A stretch of 57,015 bases of DNA, the filler included, from Sluysia triapertura (taxonomy: Eukaryota): the NCBI GenBank assembly GCA_046118255.1. It is 4 parts of 4 records of this genome, joined end to end, with 100 filler letters (N's around TTAATTAATTAA, not from the genome) between each part and the next. Parts side by side here need not be neighbours in the genome. Positions count along the whole stretch, not along the records: positions 1 to 11,079 come from JBJNIA010189220.1; positions 11,180 to 28,102 come from JBJNIA010196042.1; 2 more parts are not named here. One strand, 5' to 3'. The notes below the pieces were generated by a model. The model was not told where the DNA came from. It saw only the letters and a list, made by a program, of their open reading frames with translations, and did not search any database. Each line of letters begins with the position of its first letter. The first letter of the stretch is position 1. This document shows, in pieces, positions 1 through 13,956 of this stretch. Position numbers and translations under genes: made by a program.

Positions 1-187
1 TTTATAAAATTAAATATACAAATATGATGAAATGAAAAAAATAATTAAAAGGTGTAAATTGTTCTTACATTATAATATTAATCAATGTTATTCTTAATAT
101 TATGTTATGATGTCTTCGGCAGATCGTTTTCTAGTTAGTCTAAGTCATAAAATTCAGCCCCTTTTAAAGTTTAATAATAAAAATAAA

Positions 188-600
188 ATGAAAATTCATG
201 AATTACTGAAAATTCACTTAATAATGGGTCATAATAGATGAAAGAAACTCTTGGAGTTGAAATAAATCAAGTATGAACGAATGAAACCCTCTATCCTAGC
301 AAATATCATGTAAACTATGTTCATAAGTTTTAATCTGAAGATAAATGATATTGAATACAAATTACTAGAACAATATAAATGTAACGTTTAATGTAACACT
401 GTTTCTGATTTGCAGTTCAGCATGCGAATCTTCAAAATGACATTACGAATATCATTATAATTTTGATTAAGTAAACATTATCATGAAAAAAATTTTGTAA
501 ACAAGAATCAACTGTAAGTTTACTTATTATCACTTTTTACTTTCTTAAAAATTACTTCCATTAGTGAGTTTAAAACTTGGCAACATTATATTCATTCAAC
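188..600 (+). pseudogene. Degenerate LTR-retrotransposon-type integrase N-terminus (HHCC zinc-binding remnant)
   Basis: Manual translation LLKIHLIMGHNR*KKLLELK*IKYERMK... followed after a frameshift by SCKLC gives an H-x4-H...C-x2-C pattern; many stops. Confidence 0.3.
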
Positions 601-2598
601 ATCTACAACTAAAAATTGACCAATCAGATATCACTTGGACAATATTAATATTATTATTATATTTTATATTTTTTTCAACTTGGTTTTAACCGTCTTTTAG
701 TTTATTAAGTTTTTTACAAAAATCACTGATTCTTTCATATGGTATATGACGGAATAATAGTTTTATTGCTATTTTCTAAATCTTTAATTTTATCACTTTC
801 TTTTAAAATTGAAATATTTTTCTTTTCTTTTATTATTTAGCTTACTAGTTTTAGTTTTGCTTTGGAATATTTTGCGATTTTCGTTATTAGTAGTTTTGAA
901 AGTAGTTCTTTTAGCTACATTTGTACGTTGGAAATATGTTTATAAAGAACTATAATGATGGGAAATATGTGCTGATGGATTAGAATGGTTTTGTTTTAAA
1001 TATTTCTGTAGATATCAATATTTGGTGCGTAGTTAAACATGACATATATGGTAGAAGATTTTGTGAGGCATGGTCTACTTCAAACCAAGAGAAGCAACTC
1101 TACGAATCTATTTTTGATGAAAATGAGTATGATCAGGACGTAAAATGCTTAGATGACGATTAATAAAATAAAGTTTTTGTTTTTTTAAAATTTCGTGTTG
1201 AAAAAATGAAAGCACCAAATAATATTACTAAATGTCAAAAATTTTTAGTGATACTATTTGGCGATAACGGTTGTGTATATCTTTTGGTAATAATTTAAAT
1301 TTCGTTACTTGTATAAATTCTTATTCTTTAGTAATAATTTAAACTTCTCTAATAATATTCTCACTTGTATTACTACTTGGATTTGACTAGAGGTACAATC
1401 TTTTATAAATATAAAATTTAAAATTCTTTGGTGTAACAAATTGTTATAAATGCTACTACTAAAACTAATAAAACTTCTTCAGCTAACGATTAAATCTTCA
1501 GAATTTATGTTATTTTTATAAATTTACTAGACTTAAGTTTATAATAATTATACAGTTCATCTGGAAGTGTGAAATCGAATACTCGTTTCGATGTCTGAAA
1601 TGGAAGTGTGAAAAAACTTTATTACTCTATCCCTATTCTAGTTTTTATGAATAATCTAATAATGACTTAGTTGTATTAAATTTGTTCAATTGGTCTTATT
1701 CTAAATCCTTAATTTCAACTTAATATGCGAATAATCACTTGTTTAATTCTACTCAGTGACTCAATTTTCAATCCCCTTTATTAAAGTAAATAAAGTAAAT
1801 AAAAAAGTAAATAAAAAAAGAATATAAGAATACAATTTCTTTATTTATTTTGAAAAATTACGAAAATATAATTTATATCAAAAATAGCCTTTAACTTTAT
1901 ACTGATAATTTTAATAAAAAAATTAATTAGACCACTATAAAATTGTCACTAGACAATATCATCAACTGTTAAACCTTTCCAGTTAGTCACTTCTCGAGCA
2001 GCGATAAATAACAGTTGATTTCCTAAAAATTCTTGAACAATAAATTTCTTAGGCGATAATAAATTTTGATTCGTCAACAGGTAATGTTAAATTATCGAAT
2101 GTTAATCTCTCTTGTTGTTTTTGGTACCGGTATTAAATCGGTATTTATATCATTTTTGATCCGAATAATATTATTATTAAATTATTAGTGAATATTACAG
2201 TATTAATATAATCAAAATAAATAACATTAACATTAAATTATTATTAAGTTAATATAATCCGAATTAAATAATATCATCATTAAAAGTAATTAGTATTAGT
2301 ATTATTAGACATTATTCTCGATCATTTACATAATAATTACTTTTGGTCTATATAAATATTGTTTACATCAATATTAACTTGTACTTTTAATAATAACAAA
2401 AATTTATTTAGAGCTAAAATTTAAATGATTAAAACTTAAATTTAAATTTTTTTAAAATAAATGAATATTACATAAATGAATATTAAATGATTTACAAAAA
2501 TCTAAATTCTCTTTAAATAAATGAATAATTTCAACATTACATAAATGAATACTAAATGATGAATATTACACAATAATAATAGAACCTAATAATTATAC

Positions 2599-3240
2599 CT
2601 GTTTATATAACCAGCTTCTTTAGATAACGTTTTACTAGATTGAGTTTCTGCTTTGATTATATCTTCAAATCCAGCTAAATCACACAAACACATAAAACTT
2701 CGATTAGATTCACCGTGAATTTTCGATAGACCTTGTAATCGAATTAATGTTATTAAATGTGATCTAGAACTGGCTGGATTAAGCGCAGTATGAGCCACTT
2801 TACGCTTAGTACGACAAAGCTGTATGAAAACTTCAGCATCACTTTCACTATTTATCGGAACAGAACGCAGCTTCCATACCACAGTCCACGTATAATTGAA
2901 TACCACCTTCTCCTGATAATAAATCCAAGCAATTATCATTATAAATTTTTACAAGACAAGCTCCTATTTGATACTCCTAATCTCGACTACGCAAGTTCTG
3001 CTCTTTTAACAAAGTTGTAATAGCGTGTTGCATAATTCCATTTTCACTTTCTACATCTGAATTTCTACCAATTAATGTATATGTTTTACTACCAGCTTCA
3101 CTACCATATGTAATAAAACATACATTGAAACCATCAATAAATGGCATAACTAAAGGTCTAAATTCTTCATAAATATCATGTTGTTCCATGGAACTAGAAA
3201 ATACTTTATCAAAATCAAAACGTTCTTGCGGTGAAATAGG
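2599..3240 (-). pseudogene. Kinesin motor-domain exon fragment (kinesin-14/KIFC-like), disrupted
   Basis: Joined frames read ERFDFDKVF...IDGFNVCFITYGSEAGSKTYTL (degenerate P-loop)...RD*EYQIGACLVKIYNDNCLDLL...(frameshift ~2865)...HTALNPASSRSH (switch I)...LCDLAGFE (switch II)...EAGYINR, then a GT donor at 2598. It carries an in-frame TAG and a frameshift. Confidence 0.85.
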
Positions 3241-5129
3241 TAAGTAATAATTCAGAATCCAATTATACTAAGTCGGAATTAAGACTATAAATAAATTCAT
3301 AACATGGATTTTGAAAATATGCACACAGTCGTTAAATTTTTGTGCGATCAATTATCAGAAACTTGGAATATACTAAAAATTTGAGTACTATCCTTTCTTT
3401 ACATGTGTACTTGCATCTGATTTCGATATCAATCAAAACAATTATCACTTAAGGAAACGTACGATTTAGACTTTAAGTTTGGAGAAGGATCGATTTAAGA
3501 TGTATTAGATAATGAAATAAACAATAATTGACTAAATACATTGTAAATAAAGTATTTTTTATTATTTTTGTTATAATTTAATTGGTAAAGGTTAATTGGT
3601 TTGGTACAGCTCAACTTGAAAAATAACTTTAAAACTTTAGTGATGGTAAGACTTGCAATGTACAACCAGATACGCGAAATTGGTGTAAACATTGTTGATT
3701 AATAAAGTGCTTAAGATAGGGCACGTCTAGAAATCCTATAAAGTAGGTAAAAGAAAAAGAAAGCCAAAATTATATTGTTAAATGTAATAGATCAACATAA
3801 AATAAGATTACGAATTAAATTTGGATAAATGAAGCAATAGATCTTGTACAATCCAGTAACATGTATCTTGCATAATATAATAGATTTATATTATACACAT
3901 TTGTTTCCGTTTTCAATAATAATGAATTGAAAATTATAATAGTAATAAAATTATAATCACAGGCAAGTGGCTAAATTTCTACGTACTAAAAAAATTAATC
4001 AATTTGGCTACTAAGTCAATTACATGCACATCCTTTTCAGGTACGCTGATGTGTATATAACTGGCCAAATCTAAAATAGAAAAATGAAAAATTGAGCTAA
4101 TAAAATTAACTGATTAAAATTAAAAAAGATGGTTCCTCTTCACAATTAATAAGTACAGTTTAATTAAATCAACAATTTGATAGATCTAAAAATATGGCTG
4201 TTGACTTTTAACGATGTTGATTATGATGTTAATTTTAATGACATTGAGTAATTCAAAGAAGTAAATGATGATTGAATTAAAGATTATGACGATTTCAGTA
4301 ATGTGGAACATTTTAAACATCTAATAGACAAAGTTGATTTTAGCCAAGCTAAACAAGAAGAAGCTACTAGAAGATTAACTGATCAAGTATATTAAGGAAC
4401 GTAACAATGTTATACACTATAAAGTAATAAAAGTTAAGCTAGTAAAGGGTTTTAATTATTTTAATGGTGATACATGCATTCAAAAAGTTAAAAATACACC
4501 ATACAATTGATCCGGATCAAGCAGGTCCGAACCAGATTGAGTTCATAAACTATCCAATACTATATCGAGATAAATAATACGAGCTTGCCGCCTTACATGA
4601 TCAATTTTAAGTATGTTAATAACCTTTTACAGTTCATTATTTTGTATGCTTCAATTTTGTTAGTTCACCCCATTCAGTTAAATTATAAAATTTTGATCGC
4701 TTTTTGTAAACGCAATGTTATGAATGTTATAAATTTAAATAAAGCTTTACTCTTAGCCCTATAAATATCCTGAGGAAAACTTTCTTTTTGGTAATAACCT
4801 ACAAAACTTTAATATAAAAACTTGTAATAATTTGACTACCAAAATGCCATTCTTTATGAATGGTAGATTACATTACATCCTTAATGTATAATTAGTAATT
4901 GATTATCAATAACTTGTAAATATTCCACTAGAATGAAATAAATTACTTAAAGTCCATAATAGAAGTCTTCTAACGGATCATCTAACACTTATTTGAAACA
5001 CTAAGTTAAAATGCAGAAAGTCCTCTTTAAATATATCGAATAGGTATAGTTTTAGAAGGAACTAATACAGGTCTTCTTGTAAAAGTATAATTCGTGCAAC
5101 CGCACGTTTCTTTTCGTCCAAACTTCGTA

Positions 5130-5330
5130 TAAATGGTTGACTTTCGTTGAACTTATTTATAAGTTCAATAATGAAGAAATTAATGAGTAGTGAACAATGT
5201 AGTGAACGATTTAAGATATTTAGTAATGATTTCATAAATTTGGTTACTGACTCTATTAAGGAAAAATGTAAATCTAGGCAGAGTTATGCAACAGCTAGGT
5301 TGTAGATAAAATTTTAGAAGTATATTTTAT
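5130..5330 (+). pseudogene. Possible gag-like remnant
   Basis: WLTFVELIYKF...ERFKIFSNDFINLVTDSIKEK...SYATAR loosely matches the WF..E..F...F....V.D.I...Y..LK pattern of Ty3/gypsy gag N-termini; frameshifted. Confidence 0.2.
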
Positions 5331-5622
5331 AACAAAATTTTCAGACTTAATATTTTTAAATGACAGAATATTTAGTAAAACTTAATTCATGCAAATAGAA
5401 TTAGTAATGTTCGAAATTATGATAATCAATGTTATTTATATTCAGTATTGTATGTTTTAAAATACAACGATGTGGGGTTATTATGTGTAAACATTATTAA
5501 ATTTGTCTAAACATTTAAATACTAAATTTAAATTCAAATCCTTAACTAATATTATAACAAAATCATGAATAAACACAAAATTTGACTAAAAATTTTATTA
5601 CATAAGTTATACTCTTCATTGT

Positions 5623-6203
5623 TTATGCCACTGGATCAACCTTAAAATTGTTCTTAAATAAAATAAGATAAATAAAATTATGATCATAAACAAAACATTG
5701 GTGACCTTGATCAAGGCGATCTCCAGTGTTGAGAAAATTTATGATATATTCTCTCATCCTAAAATTATCAGGCCTCATGAATAGATATTTCACATAGATT
5801 GGATCATCAAAGTACGTACACTTTTTACAATCCCAACTGACATAGGACGGTGCCATATCATTTACATAATTTTACCATACGTATAATCAATAGGTTTACA
5901 ACTATTTATTCATTTAGGGCATATAAAATGAGGAGACCTTGATTGTAAATTAAAAATATAAAATTCATCTTTAACGTTATCAGACATTTGATGTAATTTT
6001 AATTTTAGTTTATTGGTTGAACATATTTGACAATTCTTACATTCTATATTTCCTTTTGGATTCTCTGGAGGCACTTCTGATGGTAATATCGAGCAGCTCA
6101 TAGGACGTGATTTAGTAACCGATTTGTTTAAAATAGATGGATGAGAAACTTCATTATCAAAAGTTTCATCATCATTTCCAAATAAACATAATAAATCTGC
6201 CAT
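5623..6203 (-). pseudogene. Intronless orphan Cys-rich (CxxC pairs) ORF broken by stops/frameshift
   Basis: ORFs 5910-6203 and 5623-5856 are colinear and carry CKNC/CQIC, ICPK* and WDCKKC motifs; no family recognised. Confidence 0.4.
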
Positions 6204-6409
6204 AAAAATTATTTACTCTAATTCTATAAATTGGATTTAAATAAAAATTTTCATGTATTATACATGGGAAAAATTGCATAAATAATACGCAATTTTTGCA
6301 CAATAAACAATATTAAATTAAATTAAATTAAATTAAATTTTTGAATAAAATAATTAAAATTACTGTCTTATTTGACAGTTTGGATGCTTGGAGACTAAAA
6401 TTAATAATT

Positions 6410-6410
6410 G

Positions 6411-6464
<54 letters not shown>
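6410..6464. repeat. (AAT)n microsatellite
   Basis: Direct reading; similar tracts at ~13903-13953, ~14817-14877 and ~34741-34823, plus (TA)n at ~11218-11250 and (AC)n at ~35393-35415. Confidence 0.95.
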
Positions 6465-6468
<4 letters not shown>

Positions 6469-7912
6469 TGAACAAATTGCATAAACTTATTTTGCATAAA
6501 AGAGTTCTCTTTCTTGATAAATTTCTGTTAAAATAAAATTACATAAAATTATAATGAATAATAATAATAACAATAAAAGTAAATAATAGTAGTGAAATAA
6601 ATAAAACCGACAATAATATTATGAAAAATAAAATCTTTCTAATTTCAAACATGCTTCTCTTAAAATTTTATCATTGTTTTCTTGGAATATAAAACGAAGT
6701 GCATAAAATTCTTCCTTGTAATTTCTATTTCTTAAACTAAATGTTCTTATTAAATAGTCTTTGAAGGAAATAAAGAGCATTGTTCTGAACGAAACAATAT
6801 CATTAATTATTGCAGAATTCTTCTTCTCAACCTATTTCTTTATGTATGTTAAACATGATTTTTATACGAACTTTATACGTATATATGGTTATTCAAAAAA
6901 TATTTTTAGAAAATAGTGTAATTATTTAATTTATATTTAATTAATATTTTTAGAAAATTGTTTAATTTATTTAGTTATAACAAAAATTTTCAATGTTAAT
7001 CGGTTAAGTAAATTAAGAAAATTATTTATACATAATGTAAATTAAGAAATTTGTAATGCAAACTGAGAAAGTAGTTTATCCAATAATTGTCGTTTATTTA
7101 TACGTAATGTAAAGTAATTATTTTGATCGACATAATTTTGTAATATATTTGTAGACATGAATAATATAACTAAATAATTTTCTAAATATAATCATAGACA
7201 TAAACAGGACAATTATCAAATATAAAAGGAAATAACTTTCCTATCATAGACACAAATAAAATATAAATCTTTGCAGCTTGGTTAATTTTTCGAGACAATA
7301 TAACATCTTTTGGAGATTTAATTCAAATTTAAGAAGATTACAGCATTTATCGAAAATCAATTGAAAAGATTACATTACCGAAAGCAGATTAACATAAATA
7401 GTCGAAAGGACTTTATAATTGAGGGATCGATTCTGCGATACCAAATCTTATCAAATTTTTCCATGAATTCTTCCGAACAGTAATAAGCTTATTTCTTTTA
7501 AGGTTTTTCACAATAATATTGTTTGTGTTAAATTAATTACATAAAATCTTTTTAATTTTTGTTAAAAGAACCCCAAACATTCACCTGGATCAATCTAATT
7601 ATAAAATATAACTCTTGTTAACGTAAAAACATAAAATCCTTATTATATCATTTATATACATCATATTAATATTTAATTTTGTGTAACGTTATTTTTATTT
7701 TTACATCTTTTTTAAAAATATATACCGAGTTTGATTTTAATTTATTTTGGTTTTCTTAAAGGTTAATTAAACTTATTGTTAAAAGAAATAAATCATAAAA
7801 TAGACTTTCAAAAAAAGGTTATAGAAATCAGGTTGAAGAATCAATAGTAAACGACCCTCTGACATTAATAAATATTAAATCGTGAAAATTGCTTTAATTG
7901 TAAGGAATCTCT

Positions 7913-7965
7913 CCTATAACTAAGTCTCCCGAGAGAAATAAATCTTAGATTATAGGCGAACCCAG
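7913..7965 (-). repeat. Structured dispersed-module core, copy E
   Basis: Reverse complement GGGTTCGCCTATAATCTAAGATTTATTTCTCTCGGGAGACTTAGTTATAGG aligns with the cores at 21.9, 50.9, 51.5 and 52.8 kb. Confidence 0.6.
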
Positions 7966-9209
7966 TAAGTTAATTATAATTGTTCGGTAAAGTGAGGTAA
8001 CATTTTTAGTAAATTAATCGAACAGGATGGCACTTGAAACAGTGATGAAATGAATATAATGGCTTAGAGCATATAGTAAAATCAAAACTAAAACACTCTA
8101 ATAATAAACTCGATCAGAGGCAAACACCATCACGATTTAATAAGGATCTTAGAAATAAAACCTTAACCAAACTCCAATGCAATCTAATATGAAACACCAA
8201 AGTATCAAAAACATACCTAAAATCACAGAGTTTATAATTAAAAATTGTATGAACGTTTAACGTTTTATTTAAATGATTGTTAATAAAATTATTGTCGTCA
8301 TGTTGTTGTTTTAGCTTAGTGATTTTTGTTTGATGATATATGTAGCCGTTTTCTATATGTGTGCGTTTTTTAGGTGGCCGGCATATAATTAAGGTCCTTG
8401 AGATAATTCAAATGACAGAAGTTTATATTATGTAACCGTTTAATTATAATATCATTGAAAACTCTAATAGAACTTCTATTAAAATTAGAATTTCATAAAA
8501 AACTTTTATTAATAAATCAAGATAAACGCTAAATTTTGTATATATTGAAAAGGTAAGTGTAGGAAATCACATCAAAATTTCAACACTTCATCACATAAAA
8601 CATTTCTTTCATACACAGAACACTAAATAAACTACTTGACTCATTCAATTATCAAGTATATATAATTATCATGAATTATAGTCATTATTATTATAAATCC
8701 AATAATAAATCCAATTGTAATAATAATCCTCATAATAATTTCATTTTTATAATTATTATAATAACATCACATTATCATCAATATCATCGTATTAAAATTT
8801 ATTAATTATATTATGGTTATTATGATTTCTGTTCCTTTTACACTTCACCTTTCTTCTCATTCTTTTGTTTGTCTGAATTTGTATATATTTATGTATGTAT
8901 GAATGTGTTCAATTTACTTCAGCGCTAAATTCGGCATTCTTCTGGTAATTGGTCATCATCAGCTCCATCTGTCTAAAATACATATATTACGAAAATGCCA
9001 TCCTTTTCGCGATCTGAAAATAATAATATTATAAATTTAGTTGGTAACTTTTAAACCACGAATAAGATTGTTGTTGATCAAATTTCATTATTACAATAAA
9101 ACGAATATCTTGTTCGACACTTTCAAACATTACTCAAGAATTAATGTTTAATTTTAATGCTACAAGTATGTTAGAAACATCAAATAAACTCATCGACAAT
9201 CTTAAATTA

Positions 9210-9345
9210 ACAATTCGATTAATGCTTGCTATGTTTGATCGTGATAATAATGGTCAAGTAACTTTTAATGTATTTCAAATGTTATGGAAATATGTAACTG
9301 ATTGGCAAAATGTTTTTAGAAACTTCGATAGAAATAATGCTGCTT
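9210..9345 (+). pseudogene. Penta-EF-hand (ALG-2/PDCD6/peflin-like) fragment covering EF2 to the start of EF3
   Basis: TIRLMLAMFDRDNNGQVTFNVFQMLWKYVTDWQNVFRNFDRNN matches the PEF signature MFD.....F.EF..LWKY..DWQ..FR.FDRD; no flanking exons seen. Confidence 0.85.
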
Positions 9346-9970
9346 CAAGTTATGGGGTATACGTGGTGTGGATATAGTGTCAAGTGGTTTATGTTTTGTG
9401 ATGTTAATTTGTCAGAGATGGCCTTAGACTTAGTCATATCGAATATTAAACGTCTAAGTTTGACATTAACTTTATAGACAACAATTTGTATGAGCAGTTT
9501 TCTTGATTTGAAAGGAAATAAAGTGTTTATGGTTTTCGCCATAGTCACATAGATGATTATTAGATTTAAACGTAATTTTATATTAGAGAATTTGTGATTA
9601 TTTACAATGATAAGCTTATGGATATAAGTCGTGGCTTTTATCAATTTAGCTATTACCTTAATATGTAATTTATGATAGCGCACTAATTCAAAATAAACCT
9701 TTTTGTTTGTTTTACGATCAAATTTAATTTTATAAAAATAACACTTGTAATTATATATTACTAAACTAAACGGAGAATTAATTTTGAAAACTAATTTAAA
9801 AACTGTTAATTCATCTGTGAACATTTTAAAAATTTTAAATTCTTCTGCAAACATTTTCCTTTCACGGATCTCGGTTCCATTGACTTCTTGATTGATAGAA
9901 CTCCTATAACTAATAAATACATAAACAATATAATAGGTACAGTAACGTAATTTTAATATAAAAATATTAC

Positions 9971-11079
9971 TTAAACTAATCCCAAATTTTTCATAACTGT
10001 AAATGGTATAGTTTTATTGAACCACTTAACGTCGTTGATAAACTTCAGAATATTCTTTTCTTTACTTGTACCGGATTGTATCATCGCTATCTCATAATTG
10101 CATATTAATGTTATACCAAATAGATCATCTTTACGCATCTTCGATTGTCTAATGATTATTTCCTTACTATGTATGTCGAACAGCTTCATCATTACTTTAC
10201 GACTACTCAGCATTACTACCCCAAAAACATAATCCTTATGCATCGTAAATTGTTTCATCATTATTCTATAATTATGTACATCAGATTGTCTTGTCGTGAT
10301 TTCATTTTCATCTAATAGTATTAAACTAAGGGTACTATCTTTATATACGTCAGAATATTTCATCATTATTTCACAATTGCATATATCAGATTGTCTTGTG
10401 GTCATTTCATCTTCATTTAATAGCATTAAACTAAGGGGACTATCTTTATATACATTAAATTGTCTCGTTAATATTTTATGATCGTTTAATAGAATAAAAC
10501 TAAATGTATGATTTTTATGCGCATAAAATTTCCTCTTCATTGTTTCATAATTAATTAATATCATTGAATTAAAAACGACAATTTTACATATATTAGAATA
10601 CTTCATCGTTATATCATGATTGTCTTTGGAATTGGGAATGGTTCCTTTATCTAATAATAACTGCAATCTTTCAGTATTATTTCTGATGCAAGCATACATG
10701 AAAGTCGTACATCCCTTATTATCTTGACACTCAATGTTGAAATCATATTCGTCAAGTAACATTTCTGTTATTTCATTGTTACCATAATTAATGGCATAAT
10801 GGAGGATACTTACTCCTCTTTCATCTATTAAATTCTTATTTGCGTGAGATTTCAGCAAAAAACGTATTTTGGTTTTGTTATTAGAGCAGACAGCCCACTT
10901 TAATGGAGTTCTTTTATTATTATCGATAATATGAATGTTAGCATTATATTTTATTAGCAATTCAAAAATTTCTGTTTCGTTCGTATCAGACTTGGATTTA
11001 GTTATATAATGTAATGGAGATGTACCATTAGCATCAGTTAAATTAACGTCAGCTCCATATTTACAAAGTAATTCAATTG
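9971..11079 (-). CDS. Ankyrin-repeat protein with a C-terminal degenerate 23/12-aa repeat; 5' end lost at the contig gap
   Basis: Frame is open from the gap: IELLCKYGADVNLTDANGTSPLHY...LLIKYNANIHIIDNNKRTPLKWA...GVSILHYAINYGN...DNKGCTTFMYAC (at least 4 ANK repeats), followed by ~200 aa of repeats. Confidence 0.85.
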
Positions 11080-11179
11080 NNNNNNNNNNNNNNNNNNNNN
11101 NNNNNNNNNNNNNNNNNNNNNNNTTAATTAATTAANNNNNNNNNNNNNNNNNNNNNNNNNNNNNNNNNNNNNNNNNNNN
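11080..11179. other. Assembly/concatenation spacer N44-TTAATTAATTAA-N44
   Basis: 100-nt spacer carrying a six-frame stop linker. Confidence 0.97.
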
Positions 11180-11214
11180 TTGCTGTCACCAAATAGAAAA
11201 AAATTTCTAATTTT

Positions 11215-11252
<38 letters not shown>

Positions 11253-12049
11253 TATTTTTTGTTTACTTTTTCTCGTAACTAACATATTTAATTCTATGTT
11301 ATACAATAAAACATAGTAAATAAAGTTTTTTATTCAATTAATATTAAACTTCTCATTTTTTAACCTCAAAACTATTTTTTATTTTTATTTGTGTGACTTG
11401 CTACAAAAAGTGATCATATTTTAATGGTCTCGTGTTGAAACATTGACACTTTTGGTTGGTATATCGAAGTATTTACCTTTTCATCATCTGAACATTACTA
11501 CATTTATTGGAAAATAATAAGACACTATCATTAATTTATTGGTTATTCATTTTATTTTTCGTTTTTAAACATCTAATTTTTCTTTTCTACTTATCTTTTA
11601 AAAAATCCGTTCACAAAATTTACATATCATCATGTCTTACTTAAAAATTTTTATTTCTCCTTCATTAAATGTCTAACATCTTTATATGCATTACTTATTT
11701 TTTTATATATTATAAATATTTCTAGTAATGTGAATTGGCACTTGTAATAATGTTAATTTTACTTGTCAGTAACGCAATAATTATTAAAATGAAGTTATAA
11801 TTCCTTATTATGTCAATAATTTAAAAAGGAATTAATAATACTACCTCTGTTCAAAAATGATTGTATCATTTGGCATTTGTTGCTAACTTAACAATATACA
11901 AGATGACAATGAGTCATTTATTTATGAACAATAGAATCATGAAATCAAAAAATAATTTTTGGAAAGTAATTGTTCAGTTTATAATAATTTTATAGATAAG
12001 TATCAATTTCTGAAATTTGTAATTTTAGACTGTGTAATTTTCTTTTCAG

Positions 12050-12235
12050 TCCAGATAACTTTAAGTGATGGAAATCAAACGTTCTGGGGTAAAATACAGC
12101 AATTTAAGTGATGAGATAAATGCCATCCTACAAACACTCTGAGGTGATCTAACAATAGAAAATTGCCAAAAGACACAATTAACATGCAATTTGGAAGCAA
12201 TTGAAACCGATCGCAATGTATTACGAAATATGTAA
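12050..12235 (+). pseudogene. Decayed exon, weakly XRCC4/PAXX-head-like
   Basis: After a tttcag acceptor: QITLSDGNQTFWGKIQQ (cf. XRCC4 ITLTDG..AW.G), then frameshift and stop. Confidence 0.2.
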
Positions 12236-13532
12236 TATAATATAATTTGTAATAAAATATTTTCATAAATAAAAAGGTGTCAAAAGAACTACATTACACT
12301 ACGATCAATTCATATTTGAACATATTTTCTTTTATTGTTAAGACGTTAAGTCCGATATCGTTTCATGTAATTAAAAGTAAAATTAAAAAGTATTTACGGT
12401 CATTATGTAAAGATTAAAAGATATAAGAAACGATACGTTTTTATTTATTTGATTTTTATATTAATTTAAATATTCCATAAGCTAACGTTGGTCTTAGTTA
12501 GTTTTTTAAGTTATTTATTGTTAGTTGACATTATTGTTAAGTTAAGGCAAATAATATTTTTGTACGATTAATTTTGATAATTGTTTTCATGTAATTTTAC
12601 AGGTACGCCATTAGTAAGTTGTATACTGTAAACGAACTCAGAATAATAATTTATTTTGCTGTAGGTTAGGTTTTTAGATTAAGAAAAACGTTATGAATTA
12701 GTTAATTGTAAAAAGTGTAAAGTAAAAGGACCATTTGATTATTTAAAAATGTGTATTGTAATAAGTATGATTACAATTAGTGATTTTGTGCATTATGGGG
12801 TACTTATGTGGTTTGTGCACCATAAACTTAAGTTGAGCCACCATAATGCAAGTATAATTTATTTTCAAATTACATTTAATTATATTATATTTAATTTGTT
12901 TTAATTTTATAACTTTATAAAATTTACAGTTTTTTTGAATTTAATATTAACATCGTACTAATAATTATTCAAAAATATCGAAAGCCAAAAACAAATGCAA
13001 ATGTATTATAATACAACTGAGTTTTATTGCAAAAATTATTAAATCAAAGTCTAAAATTATTTATTAAAATTATTTAAGTTTTAGCAAAATTAAGTGTTTT
13101 AAAATATGTATTTCATAGTATCCGTTGGTAAAAGTTGTAATTCAAGATTTTAACAGTAATATTTTAAATCCAAATAATATAAAAGTATTAATTTTCCCAA
13201 ATTATTTCCATTTTTTAATAATCATAAGCAATCCAACTATCCGAAATAGGTAACTTTTAATGTTAATAAATAATAAAAAATGTAATTAATTAAATAAATA
13301 ATTAAAAAATCATTAAATGCACATTAATTAGCTTGATTTAAAATATCAATATATGTATAATTAAATAGTTTCTAAAGCCTTTAAAATAATATTTATAAAA
13401 TAAACTCAATGTACCTTAAAATTAAAAATATACTTGCTAAGATTGTTAAGGTTGTCAATTTTATTTTATTCAAAAAATAAAAAGATTCAATTTGTTTTTT
13501 ATAGAAAAATATCTGATAAGTAAAAAATTTAT

Positions 13533-13562
13533 TTGTAAGAAAATGGACTGACCATGAATCGA
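13533..13562 (-). mobile_element. Short 3' fragment of the tRNA-bearing LTR family
   Basis: Reverse complement TCGATTCATGGTCAGTCCATTTTCTTACAA resembles TCGATCCCCGGTCAGTCCATTTTACGAA of the LTRs. Confidence 0.45.
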
Positions 13563-13902
13563 TTAAGAAAGTTTTCCTATGTAGTTTGATCCTTTAACCG
13601 CAAAGCAAGGCGAGTTTAACAATTTATTTTCCTTATAGTCAATTGGAATATTTTTTTAATGTGATTTTGATTTATTAATTTTACCTCAATATTCCAACAA
13701 CTCCTCCTTTTATATTTTCGCATCATCCAATCACTTATAGGTTTCCTAACCTAACTTTTCTTGTATAAATCATTAAAACATCTTTTGACGGAATGTCAGA
13801 CTTCAAAAATACAGAACACAAAATTAGATTAATGGTCATATGGTCTTTCACACACTCTGATCGAACTATTTTTATTAAAATTACTTTAAGACAACAAGAA
13901 CA

Positions 13903-13956
<54 letters not shown>

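Noticed and set aside
2977-2979. Alternative genetic code explaining in-frame stops in many ORFs
   Set aside because: All three stop codons occur together with frameshifts, while the cadherin exons and ankyrin ORF read cleanly in the standard code; ordinary pseudogenisation explains it
5094-5107. CGTGCAACCGCACG hairpin like a Helitron 3' end
   Set aside because: No CTRR terminus at the expected distance
11124-11135. TTAATTAATTAA palindrome repeated three times in the window
   Set aside because: Always centred in a 100-nt N spacer; it is an artificial six-frame stop linker
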